Below, in pieces: positions 25,344 through 36,007 of a DNA stretch of 64,000 nt. Source of the stretch: an uncultured bacterium (GTDB lineage: Bacteria > Zixibacteria > MSB-5A5 > UBA10806 > 4484-95). The notes below the pieces were generated by a model. That model saw nothing but the letters and a program-made list of their open reading frames with translations. It had not been told where the DNA came from and made no database searches. The DNA lies in NCBI GenBank assembly GCA_965603725.1, contig CBFDEC010000006.1, positions 5,997 through 69,996 on the forward strand, read 5' to 3'. Position 1 is the stretch's first letter. Every line of letters begins with the position of its first letter. A program made the translations under genes and the position numbers.

Positions 25344-26456
25344 ATGACTCGATTCCCAGGTAAGCATAAAGCTTTAATCCTTTTAATCCTGTATATCATT
25401 GCTACCTTGTTTATCATATCATTAAGCAGGTCGCCCGTGCTGGTCGATGAAAGGGTCGGCGTTATCCCGATGACTGAATTTGAGGGACACAAACCGTTCC
25501 AGTACCGGGTTCTGATGCCGGTTCTGATTAGAACTATTGAGTTCATCACTCCCAGATTTATTGTAGACAGAATCAATGGAATCACGGCTGATTTTGTGAA
25601 TACAAGATTACGAACCCGAGCGGACCTACCGGATTATAAGACAGATAAGCTTTCCCAATACGGCTGCCGGGTAATCGTATTCTTAATTTTAAACACGCTA
25701 ACCCTGTTCGGGTTCTTAATTATCTTAAGGCAAATGGCTAAAGCCTTGAACATATTTTCGGAGCGTGTATGTGATCTTTTACCGCTGGGGATGGCCATTG
25801 TCATCCCAATATATTTTAATTTCGGAAATTTCATGTATGATTTTTCGCACCTGCTGTTGTTTGCATCATCACTTTTATTGCTGTATAAAAAACAATGGCG
25901 CTTCTATCTTGTATTGTATTCATTAGCTCTGCTTAATAAGGAAACATCGGTTATGCTGGCGATCGTTTTTATTGTAAATTATTATAAAGAATTGCGCCGG
26001 GCAGAATTTTACAAGTTGTTGGGCATTCAAGCGGGTTTATTTATGATAATTAAACTTTCACTATATCTGACCTTCATTGATAATCCCGGTGGAGTTGTAG
26101 AACATCATTTAGCCTGGAATTTGAACCATCTGTCGCAATTATCAAGTTATTTCAATTTCGAGCCAATCGGCAAAGGGATGATCTTCCCGGCATATTTAAA
26201 TATCCCGCTTCCACGAGGAATTAACCTGCCTATGATTGGCTTTATGGTTTTTATAATAATCTATAAGTGGAAAGATATCCCGTTATTTCTTAGAAGATCG
26301 CTGGTATATGTTCCGGTTCTTTTTGCTTTCGGGTTGTTTATGGGGCACATTAACGAGCTGAGATCATATTATGCGGCTTTGCCTGTAGTATACCTTTCGG
26401 TCATGGCGGGAATTGTAAAATTTATCGAATCATTAAAATTAGAAAGAATCGAGTAG
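25344..26456 (+). CDS. Polytopic membrane protein, function unknown
   Basis: About 9-10 predicted TM helices and no motif recognised. Confidence 0.45.
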   Translation: MTRFPGKHKALILLILYIIATLFIISLSRSPVLVDERVGVIPMTEFEGHKPFQYRVLMPVLIRTIEFITPRFIVDRINGITADFVNTRLRTRADLPDYKTDKLSQYGCRVIVFLILNTLTLFGFLIILRQMAKALNIFSERVCDLLPLGMAIVIPIYFNFGNFMYDFSHLLLFASSLLLLYKKQWRFYLVLYSLALLNKETSVMLAIVFIVNYYKELRRAEFYKLLGIQAGLFMIIKLSLYLTFIDNPGGVVEHHLAWNLNHLSQLSSYFNFEPIGKGMIFPAYLNIPLPRGINLPMIGFMVFIIIYKWKDIPLFLRRSLVYVPVLFAFGLFMGHINELRSYYAALPVVYLSVMAGIVKFIESLKLERIE

Positions 26457-26460
26457 ATGT

Positions 26461-26880
26461 ATGGCTGTAAAAACATATGAATTCAGCATTCAATCGGAAG
26501 GCTTTTGCCACCTGGAGGATATCACCTCGCAGGTAGCTGTTTTTCTTGAACAGTCCGGTTTAACGGATGGTATAGCCTGTGTGGCGGTGGCCGGTTCGAC
26601 TGCGGGTATCAGCACGATTGAGTATGAGCCGGGATTGCTAAAAGATATCCCGGAGTTTTTCGAGAAATTACTGCCATCCGGCAAATCATATCATCACGAT
26701 GAAACCTGGCATGATGGCAACGGTTTCTCACACATGCGGTCGTTTCTGCTAAAGACATCACACTGTGTGCCTTTCTCCAGCGGTCGTTTGATACTGGGTA
26801 TATGGCAGCAGATAGTACTGGCCGATTTCGACAACAAGCCGAGACGCCGGAAAGTTATTGTGCAGCTGGTAGGGGAATAG
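26461..26880 (+). CDS. YjbQ/UPF0047 family protein (secondary thiamine-phosphate synthase-like)
   Basis: FCHLEDITSQV...GIACVAVAGSTAGISTIEYEPG...HHDETWHDGNGFSHMRSFLL matches the YjbQ family. 139 aa. Confidence 0.75.
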   Translation: MAVKTYEFSIQSEGFCHLEDITSQVAVFLEQSGLTDGIACVAVAGSTAGISTIEYEPGLLKDIPEFFEKLLPSGKSYHHDETWHDGNGFSHMRSFLLKTSHCVPFSSGRLILGIWQQIVLADFDNKPRRRKVIVQLVGE

Positions 26881-26994
26881 TTATTATATTGTATGACTTT
26901 CAAGAACGTTATAATGAAAAAGCTGATGGATATAATAGAAAATCATACAATATATTAAACGTTACTTCAGAAACAACAAAAACAGGCAAAAACA

Positions 26995-27975
26995 ATGACA
27001 ATAGAAGAAAAACTGAATTTCAAAACCCTCGAATGGCGTAATGATTATCTAAGATTAATAGATCAGCGGCAACTGCCCGAACAATTGACATATTTCGATT
27101 GTCGAAAAACCGACGATCTTATTTATGCGATAAAAGAACTGGTTGTCAGGGGCGCTCCGGCTATTGGCTGTACTGCCGCATATGGTATGGTTTTAGCTGT
27201 AAAAAACAGCGAGGATTTCAATCAAACTGCTCAGGCTCTAAAAAATTCCCGTCCAACTGCGGTAAACTTAGCCTGGGCAGTCGATAGAATGATGAAGGTG
27301 ATTGAAGATTTCAGCGGTGATATTTATGCTATTGAAAAAGAGGCTGTTGCCATCCATGAAGAGGATGCCGATATGTGCCGTCAGATCGGCAAAAATGGCG
27401 CTAAGCTAATTGATGATGAGTGCAGGATACTTACACACTGCAATGCGGGCGCCCTGGCCACTGGCGGTATCGGCACTGCCCTTGGGATTATTTACACGGC
27501 CAAGTTTAGCGGGAAAAGCATTTCGGTATGGGTTGATGAAACCCGGCCGATACTGCAGGGAGCGCGACTCACCGCCTGGGAGTTAGACAGGGCGGGAGTT
27601 CCGCTTACCCTGATTTGCGACAATATGGCAGCCTCATTAATGGCCGCAGGTTGTGTCGATTGTGTCATTGTGGGGGCCGACAGAATTGCAGTTAACTACG
27701 ATACAGCCAATAAGATAGGCACCTACAACCTGGCTGTTTTGTGCCATCATCACAAATTGCCCTTTTATGTGGCGGCGCCATCGTCCACATTAGATAACCA
27801 ATGCCCGGATGGTCAATCTATAATAATCGAAAATCGATCCCAAAAAGAGATTAAAACAATAAAGGGACATAAAATCGCTCCCAAAAATGTTAACGTATTC
27901 AATCCGGCATTTGATATTACACCGCATGACCTGATTTCGGCAATCATTACCGAAGATGGCATAATCAGGCTATAG
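26995..27975 (+). CDS. mtnA: S-methyl-5-thioribose-1-phosphate isomerase (eIF-2B alpha/beta/delta-like)
   Basis: LEWRNDYLRLIDQRQLP...VRGAPAIGCTAAYG...GADRIAVNYDTANKIGTY. 326 aa. Confidence 0.85.
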   Translation: MTIEEKLNFKTLEWRNDYLRLIDQRQLPEQLTYFDCRKTDDLIYAIKELVVRGAPAIGCTAAYGMVLAVKNSEDFNQTAQALKNSRPTAVNLAWAVDRMMKVIEDFSGDIYAIEKEAVAIHEEDADMCRQIGKNGAKLIDDECRILTHCNAGALATGGIGTALGIIYTAKFSGKSISVWVDETRPILQGARLTAWELDRAGVPLTLICDNMAASLMAAGCVDCVIVGADRIAVNYDTANKIGTYNLAVLCHHHKLPFYVAAPSSTLDNQCPDGQSIIIENRSQKEIKTIKGHKIAPKNVNVFNPAFDITPHDLISAIITEDGIIRL

Positions 27976-28264
27976 CCTTTTTTAAGGTTATCTGAGCAAG
28001 CCCCGACCGTCAAGCCATAATGTGTTGTCGACCCTCTGAGGTCGACACAATGGCCATGATTAGTCTCTTTTCCAAGTTGTCCGAGTAGTAAAATCAGAAA
28101 TTATGTATAATGCTGTATTAAATAAAAACCAATTTATCCGATATTCTAAAAAGTTGATAAAATACTTGACAATTTGGATAAATCTTTTAAATTTATCAAC
28201 TTGTGATAAATGGGCTAGACCCTTTTATTAGTTTGATAATAGTAATTAGAGATAAGGAGAATCG

Positions 28265-28693
28265 ATGAAAACCTTTGTACCGCGGCCTTCTGAACACAAA
28301 CGGAAATGGTATCTTGTGAATGCCAATGGCAAGGTTCTGGGTCGATTGGCAACGGAAATTGCCAGAAGGATCAGAGGTAAGGACAGCCCATTGTTTACGC
28401 CATATTTTGATATGGGCGCCTCGGTTGTGGTGGTAAATGCCGAGAAAGTCCGAATTACCGGGAAGAAATCAAAATTAAAACAATATTACCATCATACCGG
28501 TTATCCCGGCGGACTCAGGTCGGTAAACTTTGATAAGTTGATAGCCACTCACCCGGAACGGATTATTCAGAAAGCAGTGAAAGGTATGCTTCCGAAAAAC
28601 AGGCTGGGCAGACAACTCAACAGAAGACTTTTTGTTTATGCGGGTCCGGATCATCCGCATCATGCCCAACAACCGGAAGCTCTAAATATCTAA
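28265..28693 (+). CDS. rplM: 50S ribosomal protein L13
   Basis: [33 protein letters not shown]... 142 aa. Confidence 0.97.
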   Translation: MKTFVPRPSEHKRKWYLVNANGKVLGRLATEIARRIRGKDSPLFTPYFDMGASVVVVNAEKVRITGKKSKLKQYYHHTGYPGGLRSVNFDKLIATHPERIIQKAVKGMLPKNRLGRQLNRRLFVYAGPDHPHHAQQPEALNI

Positions 28694-28708
28694 GTTAGTG
28701 GAGGAATT

Positions 28709-29101
28709 TTGGCAGAAGATTATTTAAGAGGATTAGGAACAAGAAAAAGAGCGGTAGCTCAAGTTCGTCTTAAGGAGGGCTCTGGAAAAGTATCGATTAA
28801 TGGGCGTGAGATACTGGCCTATCTATGCCGTCAAAACCTGGTTACCCATGCCTTAGCGCCTGTTGAGGAGGCTAAGCTTATGGGCAAAATCGACATTATT
28901 GCCAAGGTAGCCGGCGGCGGTCTTTCCGGTCAAGCAGGCGCTTTACGCATGGGCATCGCCCGGGCGCTGGTTCAGCTTGATCCTCAACTGAGGGTCAACT
29001 TGAAAAAGAAAGGCTTTTTAACCCGTGATGCCCGTATGGTCGAACGTAAAAAATATGGGCTGGTTAAAGCCCGTAAACGTTTCCAATTCTCGAAGCGTTA
29101 A
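28709..29101 (+). CDS. rpsI: 30S ribosomal protein S9
   Basis: C-terminus ..KARKRFQFSKR. 130 aa. Confidence 0.97.
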   Translation: MAEDYLRGLGTRKRAVAQVRLKEGSGKVSINGREILAYLCRQNLVTHALAPVEEAKLMGKIDIIAKVAGGGLSGQAGALRMGIARALVQLDPQLRVNLKKKGFLTRDARMVERKKYGLVKARKRFQFSKR

Positions 29102-29214
29102 ATTTAAATTGATAATGCACACCGGCGGACTTATGGCGGGGTCCCCTTATGGGGCCGTCCGGGGATGAGGCCGGTGGAGGAATAAAACCAAACCAACCAG
29201 TAGGAGTAAAATTC

Positions 29215-29940
29215 ATGAGTCAAATCGATATCAAGGACCTTCTCGAGGCAGGTGTACATTTCGGGCACCAAACCAGGCGCTGGAATCCAAAAATGAAAAA
29301 ATTTATTTTTACCGCGCGAAACGGAATCTACATAATTGACCTGAAAAAGACGCTGCTTTCCATTAATCGTGCGTCAGCTATGCTTCAAAAAATTGCCGAA
29401 GATGGCGGGAAGGTACTGTTTGCCGGAACAAAAAAACAGGCCAAATATGTAATTAAAGATGAGGCTAAAAGGTGCGGCCAGTTTTATATCAACGAACGCT
29501 GGCTGGGCGGCACCATGACTAATTTTCAGACTATCAAAGGGAACATTAAGCGATTAAGACAGATTGAAAAGATGAAAGAGGACGGGCTGTTTGACAGTAT
29601 TACTAAAAAGGAAAGCATGAAGCTTGAAAAGGAAAAATCCCGGCTGGAGAAGTTCCTGTCCGGTATAAAAGATATGTACAAACTGCCCGCCGCCTTGATT
29701 GTCGTTGATGCTAAAAAGGAGCGGATTGCCGTAGCCGAGGCAAATAAGTTAAAAATTCCAGTGATCGCCATTATCGACACTAATACCGACCCTGATCCTA
29801 TCGATTATCCTATTGCCGCCAATGATGATGCCATTAAGTCGATAAGCGTTGTTATCCGGGCGTTGGCTGACGCTATAATTGCCGGCCAATCAAACATCGA
29901 GGAGAAAGAGATGGCTGCTCTGGAGGAGGAAAAAGCTTAA
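29215..29940 (+). CDS. rpsB: 30S ribosomal protein S2 (start moved to M at 29215)
   Basis: [27 protein letters not shown] is the canonical S2 N-terminus. RBS AGGAGT lies 6 nt upstream. The ORF-track start at 29149 adds 22 non-homologous residues. Confidence 0.93.
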   Translation: MSQIDIKDLLEAGVHFGHQTRRWNPKMKKFIFTARNGIYIIDLKKTLLSINRASAMLQKIAEDGGKVLFAGTKKQAKYVIKDEAKRCGQFYINERWLGGTMTNFQTIKGNIKRLRQIEKMKEDGLFDSITKKESMKLEKEKSRLEKFLSGIKDMYKLPAALIVVDAKKERIAVAEANKLKIPVIAIIDTNTDPDPIDYPIAANDDAIKSISVVIRALADAIIAGQSNIEEKEMAALEEEKA

Positions 29941-30534
29941 ATGCATATTACCGCATCATTAGTAAAACAGCTGCGAGAAAAAACTGGCGCCGGCATGATG
30001 GATTGTAAAAAGGTTCTTACTGAAACGGACGGTGATCTTGATAAAGCGACGAAAAAATTGCGTGAACAGGGACTGGCAAAGGCCGCTAAAAGAGCGACGA
30101 AAGCGGCAAATGAGGGCTCAATCACCGCCTATATTCATCCAGGCGATAAACTTGGAGTTTTGGTCGAAATAAACTGCGAAACCGATTTTGTTGCCCGTAC
30201 CGATGATTTCAAACAGTTTTGCAAGAATATCGCCATGCAGTGTGCGGCGACTAATCCGCTGGTAATTCAGCGAGAAGAGCTTGACCAGGAATTGATAAAT
30301 AAAGAAAAGGAAATTTATAAAACCCAGGCTTTAAACGAAGGTAAACCGGAGAAAATTATCGATAAGATAATTAACGGCAAAATTGAGAAATACTTCCAGG
30401 AAGTGGTTTTGATCGAGCAATCCTTCATTAAGGATCAGGATAAAACTATTGAAGATATCCTTACTGATTTAATTGCCAGGCTGGGCGAAAATATCCAGAT
30501 AAAAAGGTTTATCAGGTATCGTCTCGGAGAATAA
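29941..30534 (+). CDS. tsf: Elongation factor Ts (short form)
   Basis: [26 protein letters not shown] (UBA-like N-terminus). 197 aa. Confidence 0.92.
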   Translation: MHITASLVKQLREKTGAGMMDCKKVLTETDGDLDKATKKLREQGLAKAAKRATKAANEGSITAYIHPGDKLGVLVEINCETDFVARTDDFKQFCKNIAMQCAATNPLVIQREELDQELINKEKEIYKTQALNEGKPEKIIDKIINGKIEKYFQEVVLIEQSFIKDQDKTIEDILTDLIARLGENIQIKRFIRYRLGE

Positions 30535-30535
30535 T

Positions 30536-31309
30536 ATGCCTGCTAAAAAGCCGGCAAAAACCGTTGCAAAAAAGGCTAAATCCGGCTCATTATCGCGCTC
30601 ACGGATAAAGTATAAAAGGATATTACTGAAGCTTTCCGGTGAGATCTTAATGGGCGACCGTGACGCCGGTCTCGATGACCAGATGATACAGTATGTCTGC
30701 CGTCAGGTGGCTCAGGTTAAAGAGTTGGAAATTGAAATAGCTCTGGTGGTTGGCGGTGGGAATATATTTCGCGGCCTGACTGCCGCCGCCAATGGCATGG
30801 ATCGAGTCAGCGCTGATTATATGGGTATGCTGGCTACCGTTATCAATGCCCTGGCACTTCAGGACAATTTAGAAAAACTGGGACATTTTACCCGGGTTAT
30901 GTCTGCCGTTGAAATGAATGAAGTGTGTGAACCTTATATTCGCAGACGGGCGGTCAGGCATTTGGAGAAAGGGCGGATTGTAATTTTTGCCGGCGGCACC
31001 GGCAATCCCTATTTTACAACTGATACCGCGGCCGCATTGAGGGCGGCGGAAGTTAATGCCGATGTGCTTATTAAAGGCACCAAGGTTGACGGCGTTTACG
31101 ACTGTGATCCGGTAAAAAATCCAGGGGCGGTTATGTTTAAAAAGCTGACTCATTCAGATATTTTAGAAAAAAACCTGAAAGTCATGGATGCCACAGCCGC
31201 TTCGCTCTGCCGGGAGAATGATATCTCGATTATAGTCTATAACTTGTATAAAAAAGATAACTTGGAAAAAATTGTTTTTGGTAATAGAATCGGCACCTTA
31301 GTGAATTGA
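30536..31309 (+). CDS. pyrH: UMP kinase
   Basis: RILLKLSGE and GGGNIFRG. 257 aa including a lysine-rich 25-aa N-terminal extension. Confidence 0.92.
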   Translation: MPAKKPAKTVAKKAKSGSLSRSRIKYKRILLKLSGEILMGDRDAGLDDQMIQYVCRQVAQVKELEIEIALVVGGGNIFRGLTAAANGMDRVSADYMGMLATVINALALQDNLEKLGHFTRVMSAVEMNEVCEPYIRRRAVRHLEKGRIVIFAGGTGNPYFTTDTAAALRAAEVNADVLIKGTKVDGVYDCDPVKNPGAVMFKKLTHSDILEKNLKVMDATAASLCRENDISIIVYNLYKKDNLEKIVFGNRIGTLVN

Positions 31310-31318
31310 GGTCTGGTT

Positions 31319-31876
31319 ATGCTGGAAGAAATTTATAAAGACACAAGCGAGAGGATGAAAAAAGCTGTGGAGTCCATCAGACGGGAGTTAACCGGGGTCA
31401 GAACTGGAAAAGCCACTCCGAAAATTCTGGAGGACATTAAGGTCGATTATTACGGCACATTAACTCCGTTAAACCAGCTGGCATCTATAAATGCTCCCGA
31501 TCCTAAAATGCTTGTTGTACAGCCCTGGGAGAAGACTATTATTCCGGAGATAATAAAAGCTCTTCATAAAGCCGATATCGGATTAAATCCGATTGCCGAG
31601 GCAAACATTATTAGACTGCCGATTCCCCCATTAAACGAGGACAGGCGCAAAGAAATGGTCCGGCTGGTAAAAAAACTTGGCGAGGATGGCAAAATCGCTG
31701 TAAGGAACATTCGGCGAGATGCAAATGATAAAATGAAAAAAGCACAAAAGAATTCTGAAATCACCGAGGATGAACTGGAAAAGGGCCAGAAGAAAGTCCA
31801 GGAATTTACCGATAATTTCATTGATAATATTTCCGAAATAGTTAAATTTAAAGAGCAAGAGGTAATGGAGGTTTGA
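31319..31876 (+). CDS. frr: Ribosome recycling factor
   Basis: Typical RRF length of 185 aa and sequence pattern (..VRTGKATPKILEDIKVDYYG..). Confidence 0.92.
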   Translation: MLEEIYKDTSERMKKAVESIRRELTGVRTGKATPKILEDIKVDYYGTLTPLNQLASINAPDPKMLVVQPWEKTIIPEIIKALHKADIGLNPIAEANIIRLPIPPLNEDRRKEMVRLVKKLGEDGKIAVRNIRRDANDKMKKAQKNSEITEDELEKGQKKVQEFTDNFIDNISEIVKFKEQEVMEV

Positions 31877-32637
31877 TAATGGCCTCTCTCGAATCTTTAA
31901 AAAGAAAGATCCTGGCAAAAGGGAATATCCCAAAGCATGTTGCCATTATCATGGATGGTAATGGTCGATGGGCCAGGCTGAGAGGTTTGCTCCGGACTGT
32001 CGGTCATGAAAATGGGGTCAAAGCGGTCAAGAAGATTGTCCGAGCCGCCGGCGATATCAATCTGCCATACCTGACACTGTATACATTCTCGACTGAAAAC
32101 TGGAATAGGCCGAAAAGCGAAGTTTCTGCAATAATGAGGCTGTTGTATGAGACTACCCGTCGCGAATTAAATGAACTTTTAGAAAACAATGTGCGCCTTA
32201 TCACAACCGGCGACATCGAGGCTCTGCCGAAAATCCGTCGGGATATTTTAAAAGATGCTATCGCCCGTACGTCGGAAAATACCGGGTTGACATTGAACCT
32301 GGCTTTAAACTATTCCAGTCGCCTGGAAATTCTTCAGGCCGTTAAAAATATTATAAGCGATATTGAATCTAAAAAGCTGGTTAAGAACGATATCGATGAA
32401 AAACGGTTCTCGTCATATCTTCAAACAAACGGAATCCCCGACCCGGACCTTTTAATCAGGACCTCCGGTGAAAGACGGTTGTCCAATTTCCTCTTATGGC
32501 AGATGTCTTACACTGAAATTTATGTAACTAACGTCCTGTGGCCGGATTTTGATGAAAAGGATTTCTATCAGGCGATCATAGATTTCCAGGGGCGCGAGAG
32601 AAGATTTGGCCGCGTTACGCAAATCCAGGACCATTGA
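31873..32637 (+). CDS. uppS: Undecaprenyl-diphosphate synthase (cis-prenyltransferase)
   Basis: HVAIIMDGNGRWA and the RTSGE/RLSNFLLWQ motifs. Confidence 0.93.
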   Translation: MIMASLESLKRKILAKGNIPKHVAIIMDGNGRWARLRGLLRTVGHENGVKAVKKIVRAAGDINLPYLTLYTFSTENWNRPKSEVSAIMRLLYETTRRELNELLENNVRLITTGDIEALPKIRRDILKDAIARTSENTGLTLNLALNYSSRLEILQAVKNIISDIESKKLVKNDIDEKRFSSYLQTNGIPDPDLLIRTSGERRLSNFLLWQMSYTEIYVTNVLWPDFDEKDFYQAIIDFQGRERRFGRVTQIQDH

Positions 32638-33461
32638 AGGTCGCTGTCTTGACTAAAAACCTTGCCCTTCGGTTATCTGTCGCCGCTGCAGGTATTCCTT
32701 TACTGATAGTTATATGTATTTTGCATGAATATTTTATTTTTGTATTCGGCATTCTATTGGCAGGTCTTGGCGGTCTTGAATTAGCGCTAATGTTTCGTCA
32801 AAAAGGTTACTATGCAAACCCTGTATTATCGGTTATCCTGCCGGTTTTATGTATTATCTCTGCATTTTATGATTATCCGCTTAAAAACATATTTCTGTTT
32901 TCATTTTTCCTGGTATCCTTGATAGTTGTCAAACGATATTTCGGCGACAGCTCGGCGGACTTATCAGGATTTTTTAACGATCTGCTTAGCAGCCTATTGC
33001 CGGTATTTTACCTTGGATTAACGATTTCGTTTGTTATCTACCTTAGAAAAGTGCCTGATTATGGCGGCCTGCTTTTAATTTATATATTTCTTACCGTATG
33101 GGGAACTGACACCGCCGCCTATTTTGGCGGTAAGGCTTTCGGCAAACGCAAATTTTCTGTTTTGCTGTCGCCTAATAAAACCTGGGCGGGATTTTACAGC
33201 GGATTTTTTGGAGCGGTCTTGGCCGGAGTTGTCAGTAAGCTTGTCTTTTTAGATTTGAGCTGGCTTCAAATAATATGCATGTCGATTCTGGCCTGCTTTT
33301 TGGGGCAGGCGGGAGACCTGTTAGAATCGGGAATCAAACGTCATTGCCAGGTTAAAGATTCATCATCGATAATACCCGGTCACGGCGGTGTTTTGGACCG
33401 TTTTGATTCGTTCTTTTTTGCTGTACCGGCTGTATATATTTTTGTGATTGCCTGGAAATAA
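32634..33461 (+). CDS. cdsA: Phosphatidate cytidylyltransferase
   Basis: CTP-transferase signature S.NKTW.G (LSPNKTWAGF...) in a polytopic membrane protein. 275 aa. Confidence 0.85.
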   Translation: MKVAVLTKNLALRLSVAAAGIPLLIVICILHEYFIFVFGILLAGLGGLELALMFRQKGYYANPVLSVILPVLCIISAFYDYPLKNIFLFSFFLVSLIVVKRYFGDSSADLSGFFNDLLSSLLPVFYLGLTISFVIYLRKVPDYGGLLLIYIFLTVWGTDTAAYFGGKAFGKRKFSVLLSPNKTWAGFYSGFFGAVLAGVVSKLVFLDLSWLQIICMSILACFLGQAGDLLESGIKRHCQVKDSSSIIPGHGGVLDRFDSFFFAVPAVYIFVIAWK

Positions 33462-33510
33462 ATTGATTAAGCTTGGCTGAAATATTTATGCAGCAGGGGC
33501 ATATTGCGAT

Positions 33511-34440
33511 ATGTCCCTACGCGATTTATTTATGAAAATTATTAAGATACTCGATCACATATTTATCCTTCGCCCGATGCTTCACCTGCCGGTCTGGACA
33601 ATAATGATACTGGGTTATTACCGCGCTCAAAGCGATACGTCAAGCTGGACTATTTTGCCTATTTCTCTTCTGCTTGGTTCCGGACTTTTCGGAGCGGTTT
33701 TTCTAATCAACCAGATTTATGATATCGAATCTGATCGCCTTAACGATAAGCTTCATTTTTTACCGAAAGGCATAGTTAAAATAGGCGCCGCCTGGATAAT
33801 GACGATTCTTTTAAATCTTGTTTCGCTGGCGATCGCCTTTAGTTTATCGTTTACAGTGGGTTTTGCATCGTTAATGGTGATTGGGCTGGGTATTCTTTAT
33901 TCTGTTCCGCCGATTTCTTTAAAAGACAAAGCCTGGCCCGCGGCATTTGCCAACGGTCTTGGGCATGGCGCTCTTGTGTTTATTATCGGTTACTGCGCCG
34001 CCGGCGGTCAATTCTGGGATGGGATAATAAAATCGATTCCGTATTTCATGGCAGTAATGGCAGTATATATCGGTACGACCCTGCCTGACATTGCAGGTGA
34101 TAAAAAATCAGGCAAGCTTACTATCGGGGTGGTCTTTGGCGAGCGGTATTCGAAATATATTATATTACTTTATTATATAACAGCGGTATTCGCCGGCTTT
34201 GTAATCTTCGATATTCCATTTGTGGTCGCCTCTGTCGTTGTTGCCCCGTTTTATTTCTGGTCTGCTTTTTCAGGGTCAATAAAACCTGTTGTTCTGGCTG
34301 TTAAGCTGTCGATAATTTCATTAACGCTGGCGGCGGGATATTTCTATCCGGTATACATTATTTTTTTAGTAGTCTTGATTTATGCAACTCGAAAATATTA
34401 TAAGCGCCGGTTTAATATAGCATATCCCTCGATAAAATAA
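33511..34440 (+). CDS. UbiA-family membrane prenyltransferase
   Basis: NQIYDIESDRLND (NxxxDxxxD) with about 8-9 TM helices. Substrate unknown. Confidence 0.65.
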   Translation: MSLRDLFMKIIKILDHIFILRPMLHLPVWTIMILGYYRAQSDTSSWTILPISLLLGSGLFGAVFLINQIYDIESDRLNDKLHFLPKGIVKIGAAWIMTILLNLVSLAIAFSLSFTVGFASLMVIGLGILYSVPPISLKDKAWPAAFANGLGHGALVFIIGYCAAGGQFWDGIIKSIPYFMAVMAVYIGTTLPDIAGDKKSGKLTIGVVFGERYSKYIILLYYITAVFAGFVIFDIPFVVASVVVAPFYFWSAFSGSIKPVVLAVKLSIISLTLAAGYFYPVYIIFLVVLIYATRKYYKRRFNIAYPSIK

Positions 34441-34455
34441 TTCCCGACCCTGTCG

Positions 34456-34932
34456 ATGTTTATATATATGAACAAATTTCTTTCGATAGCGCTGTTAATT
34501 TTTATTTTTGGCGGCTGCGGCTCCAAACCACGGCAGTATGATCTGAAACAAAGATTCTCCCAATCAGACAGGAACAAACTTGTATATGTTGCCAATGGCT
34601 ATCTTGGCGTAAAATATAAATATGGCGGCATAAATAATACTGGATTCGATTGTTCAGGTCTGATTTACCGGATTTACCTTGACGCTCTGCGGTTGAAGCT
34701 TCCCCGGACAGTAAAAGGTCAGTATCAGGCCAGCTATGGGATTCCGCTATCCCGCGCTCAGGTAGGAGACCTGGCATTTTTCAAAATAAAAAACCAGCGG
34801 CTTGATCATGCCGGAATCATTATCGACCGGGGCAGGTTTATTCATGCCACCAGATCAAAGGGGGTTGTTATTTCCGATCTGAATGATGATTATTATCGGA
34901 AACGGTTTACAGGTATTCGAAGGTTGAGATAA
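34456..34932 (+). CDS. NlpC/P60 (C40) family peptidoglycan hydrolase lipoprotein
   Basis: Lipobox (FIFGGC|GS). Catalytic Cys (FDCSGLIYRIY) and His (HAGIII...FIHA) arrangement. Confidence 0.8.
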   Translation: MFIYMNKFLSIALLIFIFGGCGSKPRQYDLKQRFSQSDRNKLVYVANGYLGVKYKYGGINNTGFDCSGLIYRIYLDALRLKLPRTVKGQYQASYGIPLSRAQVGDLAFFKIKNQRLDHAGIIIDRGRFIHATRSKGVVISDLNDDYYRKRFTGIRRLR

Positions 34933-35227
34933 ATAATCCAATTATCAATTGCAAGGGCAAAGCTTGATCTTGTGTTATGATCTATAAATTAGTTATACAT
35001 TTATCAGTTATTGCAGGCCTCTGACCCCTGAGGCGAGAGGTTTGAAAAAAAACAAAATGGTGATGTATGCCCAACGGTAGGACAGGTTTTCAACCTGTCC
35101 GGACAGACTAAAAGTCTGTCCTACTATACTGTTCTAACAGCAAACAACTAAAGATTAGCAGATAGATTTAATCTATTGTTGCCTTCAAATCCTTTATAAC
35201 CAGGAAAAAGTTTATGAATAATTCAGG

Positions 35228-36007
35228 CTAATCAACCTCGTTAAACTCGACCAGCCAGATATCGCCAAACGGCACATTGCCTTTTCTATACAATTCCCCC
35301 GATCTCAAAAACACAAACCGCCTGGCATCAGGAGAAAAGCGCGGCAAAAAATCATGTCGTTTAGCTTCAATCCGGCTTTTTGGTATTTCATAAAACTGAC
35401 CGGTAATTAAATCCATGACAACCAGCCTTTCGAAATTATCGCCATAATAAAATACAAGATAGCGCTCGTCGGGAGAGATTGTCTCAAGGTAAGATGGCGA
35501 CCGACCGTAAGTGATTTGAACCAGCGAATCATTGGCCGATTTATAGATATTAGTAAAGCCCGGTCCGGCTCTCTTTGATGAGCAAAAGTAAATTGCCCCT
35601 GAAGCCTGAATCGCAAATAATGGATCATCGGTCAGCATGGACAGCGATGAATCAGCGGGAATTTTCTTGGTTGCGGGTCTTTTGGGAATTTCTTTAAGCA
35701 GATATAGTTTGTTAGTCTTGTAATCTAACGAAAAATATTCTTCTGTGATATCAAGTAATGTATCGCTTGTGTCAGCGGAGGGAGAGGTTATAAGCCTGGT
35801 GAAATAAACTCTTTCTCCGGATGGGCTGAAAAACGGGCTCATGTCCTTTTTAAGATCGGTCAGGCGCCTGGTACTGGCTATCATGGAGATATCTTTAAAG
35901 GTCAAGGCCATCCTGTCAGGATGTTTCGATGCTTTATCTGGCTCCTGTTTGGATGAGCATCCGGATAACATAATAAATGCAATGGCTATTGAGATGACCG
36001 CTTTCAT
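35228..36007 (-). CDS. Hypothetical lipoprotein (possible TolB-like beta-propeller fragment)
   Basis: Lipobox (IMLSGC|SS). 259 aa. No confident domain. Confidence 0.45.
   Translation of the reverse strand: MKAVISIAIAFIMLSGCSSKQEPDKASKHPDRMALTFKDISMIASTRRLTDLKKDMSPFFSPSGERVYFTRLITSPSADTSDTLLDITEEYFSLDYKTNKLYLLKEIPKRPATKKIPADSSLSMLTDDPLFAIQASGAIYFCSSKRAGPGFTNIYKSANDSLVQITYGRSPSYLETISPDERYLVFYYGDNFERLVVMDLITGQFYEIPKSRIEAKRHDFLPRFSPDARRFVFLRSGELYRKGNVPFGDIWLVEFNEVD

Noticed and set aside
29149-29214. ORF-track start of rpsB at 29149
   Set aside because: It adds 22 residues with no similarity to S2. The canonical N-terminus [19 protein letters not shown] starts at 29215 with a good RBS.
35070-35140. 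tRNA-like anticodon stem-loop (CAGG-TTTTCAA-CCTG)
   Set aside because: No acceptor, D or T arms can be folded around it, so it is not a tRNA or tRNA fragment.
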